Source: an uncultured Actinomycetes bacterium (GTDB taxonomy: Bacteria > Actinomycetota > Actinomycetes > S36-B12 > CAIYMF01). From it: a stretch of 32,000 nt of DNA. The number at the start of each line of letters is the position of its first letter. The first letter of the stretch is position 1. The notes under the pieces were generated by a model. It did not search any database, had not been told where the DNA came from, and saw only the letters and a program-made list of their open reading frames with translations. Of the stretch, positions 26,819 through 32,000 are shown piece after piece. The translations under genes and the position numbers were made by a program. Where the stretch lies: the NCBI GenBank assembly GCA_963843975.1, contig CAWJMG010000003.1, positions 1,560,001 through 1,592,000 on the forward strand. Reading direction: 5' to 3'.

Positions 26819-29002
26819 TCAGGAGAGCGTGATGACGCCGTCGAAGCCCATTCGGCCGTAGGTGCCGCCGCTGGAGTTCACCACGGTCACGCGGTGCAGG
26901 CCCGGAGTCCCGAAGTTCACGACGTACGCGAGGCGCGTCGCGGTGCCGCCGCCCTTCATGCTCACGGCGCCGACCTTCACGCCGTCGACGTACACGGCGA
27001 CCCAGCCGTTGCGAGAGCCGCGCTGCAGCAGGATGCCCGCGCTGCGGCCGCGGACGAGAGCGGACGCGAACGCCCCCTTCTTCGCGCTGCGGTGGATCGC
27101 CTTGCCCAGCGCGCTCGACGGGAAGGACATCTGCCAGCTGCCGCCGTAGCCCAGCGTCGAGCCGGACGCGTCGCTGCGGTACGTCGCCGTCGTTGCGCCG
27201 CGGGCGCTCACGATCGTGCCGTCGGACGCGTTGGCGCTCGCGGTGAAGGTGCGGATGGAGCCGGTGCGGCTGGCGAGCCCGGTCTTGGTGGCGCTGTTCA
27301 CCGCGACGCTGGCCTGGGCCGCGGGGTCGACGGCGGGCGTCGTGACCTTCCAGCTCCAGCCCATCGGGACGACGGGGCCGTACTTCGACTGCGTGATGCC
27401 GCCGGAGCGCAGCCACGGCTGCGGCTCGGTCAGCGACGGGCGCGGCGGCGGGACGTAGCGGGGGTCGTTCTCGGCGAGCCCGTTGCGGTACTCGACCACG
27501 GCTCCGTTGACGTCCTGGCTCACCACGCGCACGCCGAGGTAGCCGTCGGCGAGGTCGATCCACACGCCGACAGGCAGCGCGGCGTCGAGCTGGCCGAAGG
27601 ACGAGTCGGGCGTGGCCGGCTTCCCGTCCATCAGGAACGACTCCCGGTCGGAGAACGACGAGCCCGAGGGCAGCGTTGCCGGGTTCCATTCCTTGCGGAC
27701 AGTGACGCCGACCGAGCCCCAGCCGGGCAGCGAGTCCATCCACGAGTCGCGGCCGACCGAGGCGCGGTACTCGAGCACGTAGCGGTCGCCGCCCTCGGTC
27801 AGCGTGAGCGCGCGGGTGCCCGAGCCGAGCGCCAGCGGTGCGAGCGTGACCGAGCCGTCGTCGGTGGGCGCGGGGTTCGCCACCGGCCCGAGGATCCCGA
27901 GCTGGCGCAGGTGCGAGGCGTTGAGGTGGCCCTGGTTCTGCCACGACACGGCCATGATGTCGTTGGTGTCGGCGTACGAGCGCTCGGCGCAGGCCGAGGG
28001 CCCCGCGTCGAGGACGCGGACGCCGCCGACGGTGCAGTCGAGGGTCTGCGAGTGGCCGAGGCCGAGGTTGTGGCCGAGCTCGTGCCCGATCACGCCGGTC
28101 GTGTTGTAGCCGTTGGTCCACACGAGGCCGCCGCTGGTGCCGTCGCCGCCGATCGTGCCGAGGCCGGCGATGCCGCCGCACGCGGCGAGGGTCTTGAAGT
28201 AGACGAGCAGGTGCTTGCCCGCGCCCTCGGTGAAGCCGGTCTTGGACTTCACCTCGTTCCAGAAGTCGAACGACGTGCCCACGCTGCCGCTGACGCACGG
28301 GGCGGTGGTCGTGGTGACCACGTTCGGGTAGGCCGTGGCGACGAAGCCGATGTCGCCCTCGGTGACGTCGGACCAGTAGGCGTCGACCGAGCCGTTGACC
28401 GTGGCGGCGACGTCCGCCGCCGAGACGCTGGAGGCCGCACCGCCCGACGGGATGGCGACGACCACGGTGACCTGGTGGGGGGACGCGGCGGCGGAGGTGG
28501 CGGCAGCAGGTGCGACGGCGACGCCGGCCCCGGTGTCGGTCACGTTGGCCGCCGGTTCCGCGAGCACCCGCACGCTGGTGACGGTGGCTCCGGCCTCAGG
28601 GTCGGACGTCTCGGCGCTGACCGGCTGCTGCCGCGGCGCCACGGGCTCGACGTCGTCGCCCGACACCTGGATCGTCGCGGAGTCGCTGACGCCGATCCGC
28701 ACGGTCGCGCCGTCTGCCACGTGCTCGAGGGCACTGGTCGGCACCTGGACGGCACCGGCGTCGGTGTTCACGAAGGTGAGCTCGGCATCGACAGCCCCGG
28801 GTGCGGAGAACGCGTCGACCTCGAACCGCTCGACCGTGCCGGTCAGCAGGGTCTCGGCCGTCGAGGGGGCGGCCTGGGCCGCCGGGAGGCCGAGGGAGGC
28901 GAGCATGGCGAGCGCTGCTGCGGCCACCACGGCCGTGCGCGTGCGGCGGCTCCGGGGCAGGGCTGTGCCCGGGGTCGCGAAAGACCGGGGGCTCACTGCC
29001 AT
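26819..29002 (-). CDS. Secreted zinc metalloprotease (metzincin, reprolysin-like HExxHxxGxxH)
   Basis: ATG at 29002; 727 aa. The signal is MAVSPRSFATPGTALPRSRRTRTAVVAAAALAMLASLGLPAAQA. The zinc motif HELGHNLGLGH sits near residue 307. The 957-aa track ORF is over-extended into the orn antisense strand. Confidence 0.85.
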   Translation of the reverse strand: MAVSPRSFATPGTALPRSRRTRTAVVAAAALAMLASLGLPAAQAAPSTAETLLTGTVERFEVDAFSAPGAVDAELTFVNTDAGAVQVPTSALEHVADGATVRIGVSDSATIQVSGDDVEPVAPRQQPVSAETSDPEAGATVTSVRVLAEPAANVTDTGAGVAVAPAAATSAAASPHQVTVVVAIPSGGAASSVSAADVAATVNGSVDAYWSDVTEGDIGFVATAYPNVVTTTTAPCVSGSVGTSFDFWNEVKSKTGFTEGAGKHLLVYFKTLAACGGIAGLGTIGGDGTSGGLVWTNGYNTTGVIGHELGHNLGLGHSQTLDCTVGGVRVLDAGPSACAERSYADTNDIMAVSWQNQGHLNASHLRQLGILGPVANPAPTDDGSVTLAPLALGSGTRALTLTEGGDRYVLEYRASVGRDSWMDSLPGWGSVGVTVRKEWNPATLPSGSSFSDRESFLMDGKPATPDSSFGQLDAALPVGVWIDLADGYLGVRVVSQDVNGAVVEYRNGLAENDPRYVPPPRPSLTEPQPWLRSGGITQSKYGPVVPMGWSWKVTTPAVDPAAQASVAVNSATKTGLASRTGSIRTFTASANASDGTIVSARGATTATYRSDASGSTLGYGGSWQMSFPSSALGKAIHRSAKKGAFASALVRGRSAGILLQRGSRNGWVAVYVDGVKVGAVSMKGGGTATRLAYVVNFGTPGLHRVTVVNSSGGTYGRMGFDGVITLS

Positions 29003-29083
29003 ACCTGTCTCTTCGCCCGACTTGCGCCCGACCTCGTTGCGCCGTTCGGGTGATCGCCCGGTCGGAGTCATAGGGTTGGTGAC

Positions 29084-29734
29084 ATGGCGAGCTCCGAGAA
29101 CGGCCGCAACCTCGACCGCATCGTGTGGGTCGACTGCGAGATGACGGGTCTCGACCTGGGCTCCGACGCCCTCGTCGAAGTGGCCTGCGTGGTGACCGAC
29201 GGCGAGCTGAACGAGCTCGACGCCGGCGTCACCGTGGTCATCCGGCCCCCGGACGAGCCGTTCGCCGCGATGCCCGACGTCGTCCGCGAGATGCACACGG
29301 CGTCCGGCCTCATCACCGAGATCCCCGACGGCACCACGCTCGCCGCGGCCGAGGCCCTGGTGCTCGACTACATCAAGAGCCACGTGCCCGAGCCCCGCAA
29401 GGCGCCGCTCGCCGGATCGAGCGTGTACGTCGACCGCGGCTTCATCGCCCGCGACATGCCGGGGCTCGACGCGTGGCTGCACTACCGCCTCGTCGACGTC
29501 TCCTCGTTCAAGGAGCTCATCCGCCGCTGGTACCCGCGCGTGTACTTCAGCGCCCCGGCAAAGCGCGGCAACCACCGTGCCCTCGCCGACGCCCGCGAGT
29601 CGATCGCCGAGCTGCGCTACTACCGCGACACCGTGCTCGTGCCCCAGCCCGGGCCCGACACGAACGCCTCCCGCGAGATCGCCACCCGCCATCTCCTCGA
29701 GCCCTGGGCGGCCCCCGAAGCCACCGAGGCCTGA
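29084..29734 (+). CDS. orn: Oligoribonuclease (DEDDh 3'-5' exoribonuclease)
   Basis: 216 aa. It has [12 protein letters not shown] (Exo I), [11 protein letters not shown] (Exo II) and [18 protein letters not shown] (Exo III with His). Confidence 0.93.
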   Translation: MASSENGRNLDRIVWVDCEMTGLDLGSDALVEVACVVTDGELNELDAGVTVVIRPPDEPFAAMPDVVREMHTASGLITEIPDGTTLAAAEALVLDYIKSHVPEPRKAPLAGSSVYVDRGFIARDMPGLDAWLHYRLVDVSSFKELIRRWYPRVYFSAPAKRGNHRALADARESIAELRYYRDTVLVPQPGPDTNASREIATRHLLEPWAAPEATEA

Positions 29735-29847
29735 CCGCCCGGCCCGTCACCGCCGGTGCCCGGGACCGCCCGTTCGGAGCACGGCTCCACTCCCGGTATG
29801 CTTCCTCCTCGACCCCGTAACCCGGTTCTCCGGGTGTCGACGGTCAT

Positions 29848-29924
29848 GGTGGGTGTAGCTCAGCTGGTAGAGCACCTGGTTGTGGTCCAGGTGGCCGCGG
29901 GTTCAAGTCCCGTCACTCACCCCA
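29848..29924 (+). tRNA. tRNA-His (anticodon GTG)
   Basis: The cloverleaf was folded by hand. G-1 at 29848 pairs with C73. The acceptor GTGGGTG pairs with CACTCAC. The D arm is GCTC-AGCTGGTA-GAGC. The anticodon arm is CCTGG-TTGTGGT-CCAGG. The T loop is TTCAAGT, and CCA is encoded at 29922-29924. Confidence 0.93.
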
Positions 29925-29973
29925 CGCACGACAAAGGCCGGCCCCCGCTCTTGGGGTCGGCCTTTGTCGTGCG
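29925..29973 (+). terminator. Strong hairpin immediately after tRNA-His
   Basis: CGCACGACAAAGGCCG (29925-29940) and CGGCCTTTGTCGTGCG (29958-29973) are perfect 16-nt inverted repeats. The loop-proximal GCCCC/GGGGT can extend the stem. Confidence 0.6.
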
Positions 29974-30219
29974 TCCGCCTGAGTCCCGCACTGGGGAGGA
30001 GAGCGCCGAGCGCAGCGAGGCGCTCGACGGACCCGTCACTCACGGCCAAGACAAGCGCACGGCGGCGAAGCCGAGCACCACCCACGAGCTGCACCCGCCC
30101 ACCGAAGCCCACCCCAACCCGAGCCGGCCCGAACCCGACCCCGACCCCGAGCCGCCCCCCCAGCGGTCTGCACCCACGAAGGGTCAAGACCCCACCGTGC
30201 CCCTGCCGATAATGACCAC

Positions 30220-31578
30220 ATGGGTCCCCACCGTCACGCCGTGGTCGACACCCCGGGCCATGTGCCGGCGCCGCCCGCGGTTGCCGGCGTTCCTGCCCAT
30301 GACGTCGCGCTCCTGACGAGTCCCGAGGTCTACCGGACCGTGGCGCAGCAGTCCGCCGTCGCGATGTTCCTCGTGGCTCCCGACGGGCGGTTCGTCGTGG
30401 CCAACCCGGCCGCCTGCGACCTGTTCGGACGCTCCGAGGAGGAGCTCCTCTCCCTCTCCCTCCCCGACGTCTCGCACCTGGACGACCTGGAGTGGAGCGG
30501 CGCCCAGCTGTCGCGCGCGATCGACGAGGGGACGTCGGCGTACCGCATCCAGAAGCGCTACCTCCGACCGGACGGCAGCGCGGTGGCCGCCGACGTGACC
30601 GTCTCGCTGCTCCGCGACGAGCATGGTCGCCCGCTGGGCTTCTTCGCGTCGGCCGTCGACGACACCGAGCGCCTCGAAGCACAGCGCCGGGCCAACGCGG
30701 CGTCCGCGCTCCTCCGAGCGTCCATGGACTCCCTGCTCGATCCCTGGGTCCTGCTGCGCTCGGTCCGCGACGCCGACGGGACGGTCACCGACTTCGAGTA
30801 CGTCGAGGCGAACAAGGAGGCGTGCCGGCACAACGCGATGACTCACGGGGACCTGATCGGCAGGCGCCTGCTCGACCTCCTCCCCGGCCACCGCGGCCAG
30901 CTCCTCGCCGACTACGCGCGGGTGCTGGAGTCGGGAGAGCCGCTGATCCACGACGACCTGCCGTTCGTCACCGGCGGCGAGGTCCGGTGGTTCGACAACC
31001 GGGCAGTGAAGGTGGGAGACAACGACCTGTCGTTCACCTGGCGCGACGTCACGGACAATCACAGGCTCCGCGGCGAGCTTGCCCGTCGAGCCACGACCGA
31101 TCCTCTCACCGGTCTCTACAACCGGGCGGGGCTGGCCGAGGCGGTGGCGCGCATGAGCGGCCCCGAGCGACGCAACGGCCCGGCCGGCATGGCCGCCCTG
31201 TACCTGGACCTCGATGGCCTCAACACGATCAACAACCGCTACGGGCATCCGGCCGGGGACGCCGTCCTCCGCGCCGTCGGCGACCGCATCGCAGGGGCGC
31301 TGCGGGCGACCGACGTCGTGGCACGCGTGGGCGGCGACGAGTTCGTGGTCCTGGCACCTGGTGTGGGCGACGGAGTCGCCGACACCCTCGCGGTGAAGAT
31401 CGCGCAGGCGGTGACCCGACCCGTTCGGGTCGAGGGCGCTTCGATCGTGCCCACGATCAGCGTGGGTGTCTGCGTGGGCTCGGACGACGTCGGTATCGAC
31501 GAGCTGATCGCGCGAGCCGACGCCTCGTTGCTGGAGCGCAAGCGGCGTCTGTACGACACGCCCGACGGCGGCGCCTGA
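30220..31578 (+). CDS. PAS-PAS-GGDEF diguanylate cyclase
   Basis: 452 aa. There are two PAS-like segments (AVAMFLVAPDGRFVVANPAACDLFG and DPWVLLRSVRDADGTVTDFEYVEANKEAC). The GGDEF domain has DPLTGLYNRAGL, YGHPAGD and the active site ARVGGDEFVV. RATD lies five residues upstream, matching an RxxD I-site. Confidence 0.88.
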   Translation: MGPHRHAVVDTPGHVPAPPAVAGVPAHDVALLTSPEVYRTVAQQSAVAMFLVAPDGRFVVANPAACDLFGRSEEELLSLSLPDVSHLDDLEWSGAQLSRAIDEGTSAYRIQKRYLRPDGSAVAADVTVSLLRDEHGRPLGFFASAVDDTERLEAQRRANAASALLRASMDSLLDPWVLLRSVRDADGTVTDFEYVEANKEACRHNAMTHGDLIGRRLLDLLPGHRGQLLADYARVLESGEPLIHDDLPFVTGGEVRWFDNRAVKVGDNDLSFTWRDVTDNHRLRGELARRATTDPLTGLYNRAGLAEAVARMSGPERRNGPAGMAALYLDLDGLNTINNRYGHPAGDAVLRAVGDRIAGALRATDVVARVGGDEFVVLAPGVGDGVADTLAVKIAQAVTRPVRVEGASIVPTISVGVCVGSDDVGIDELIARADASLLERKRRLYDTPDGGA

Positions 31579-31615
31579 GCGCATCGCCTGGACCGGCGTG
31601 CACGTCGGCGCGCTG

Positions 31616-32000
31616 CTAGGCGTGCACCCGACCGCCGACGAGATGCACGACAACATCGGCCACGGCGCTGACCCGGGGGTCGTGCGTCGCGACGACGAGC
31701 GTCGATCCTCCCGACCGCGCCCGCAGCAGCACCTCGAGCACGCGCTCGACGTTCTCGTCGTCCTGGTGGGAGGTCGGCTCGTCGAGCAGCGCGACGCGCG
31801 GGTGCAGGAGCAGGCCGCGCGCGATCCCGGTGCGCTGCTGCTCCCCCAGGCTCGTCCCCGTGGCGGGCTGGTCCGCGATCGCGTCGAGGGCGAGGTCGGC
31901 CAGCAGCCCCTCGTCGACCTCACGGCTGCGCAGCGCGGCGGGCAGCAGTACGTTCTCGCGCACCGACAGCGCACCGGCCACGGTCGAGTGCTGAGGCGTC
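31616..32000 (-). CDS. ABC transporter ATP-binding protein, C-terminal part (gene continues beyond the right edge)
   Basis: Stop at 31616-31618. It has Walker B VALLDEPTSHQD, the H-loop VVATHD, and a signature-like SLGEQQRTGIARGLL, which deviates from LSGGQ. The frame stays open to the window end. Confidence 0.75.
   Translation of the reverse strand, partial: TPQHSTVAGALSVRENVLLPAALRSREVDEGLLADLALDAIADQPATGTSLGEQQRTGIARGLLLHPRVALLDEPTSHQDDENVERVLEVLLRARSGGSTLVVATHDPRVSAVADVVVHLVGGRVHA

Noticed and set aside
25838-29053. 1071-aa ORF on the plus strand
   Set aside because: It is antisense to the threonine aldolase and the metzincin, both with clear signatures. Its composition is low-complexity Arg/Gly/Ala/Asp.
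29848-30219. Genomic island or prophage integrated at tRNA-His
   Set aside because: There is no integrase, no phage or transposon genes, and no compositional shift downstream. Only the 12-bp repeat is present, and that is reported separately as a possible scar.

Overview
This is a very GC-rich window with actinobacterial-style codon bias: codon position 3 is almost always G/C, and many starts are coupled by ATGA/GTGA overlaps. I call about 30 genes and find no transposase, integrase, CRISPR array or recognisable defence genes.

The centre of the window is a molybdenum-enzyme island.
- 7303-11005: a form II-type CODH/xanthine-dehydrogenase-family operon in S-L-M order. Its large subunit carries AYRGAGR.
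- 11077-15911, minus strand: modABC behind an HTH+TOBE regulator, preceded by MocA-like and XdhC-like cofactor maturation genes.
- 16006-16428: moaE.
- 16466-16712: three tandem hairpin units of about 85 bp, an unusual intergenic array.
- 16829-17785: a patatin-like gene.
- 17974-25714: a form I-type aerobic CO dehydrogenase cluster, coxG-coxM-coxS-coxL-(XdhC::YHS)-coxD-coxE. Its large subunit carries AYACSFR.

The left flank has two diverged ATP-grasp paralogues around a PadR regulator, a CX5R phosphatase and a secreted S8 subtilase. The right flank has a threonine aldolase, a secreted metzincin, orn, tRNA-His, a PAS-GGDEF cyclase and a partial ABC ATPase.

The main oddities are:
- Four single-base frame disruptions, in ATP-grasp copy 2, coxS and twice in coxL. 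All fall in the second copy of a paralogous pair.
- The hairpin repeat array.
- A shared dyad motif upstream of three Mo-related transcription units.
- An XdhC-YHS fusion.
- A short duplicate of the tRNA-His 3' end.

I see no convincing wholly new multi-gene system. The ATP-grasp/PadR module and the repeat array are the least explained parts. Most long ORFs in the supplied track are antisense or off-frame artefacts of the GC content.
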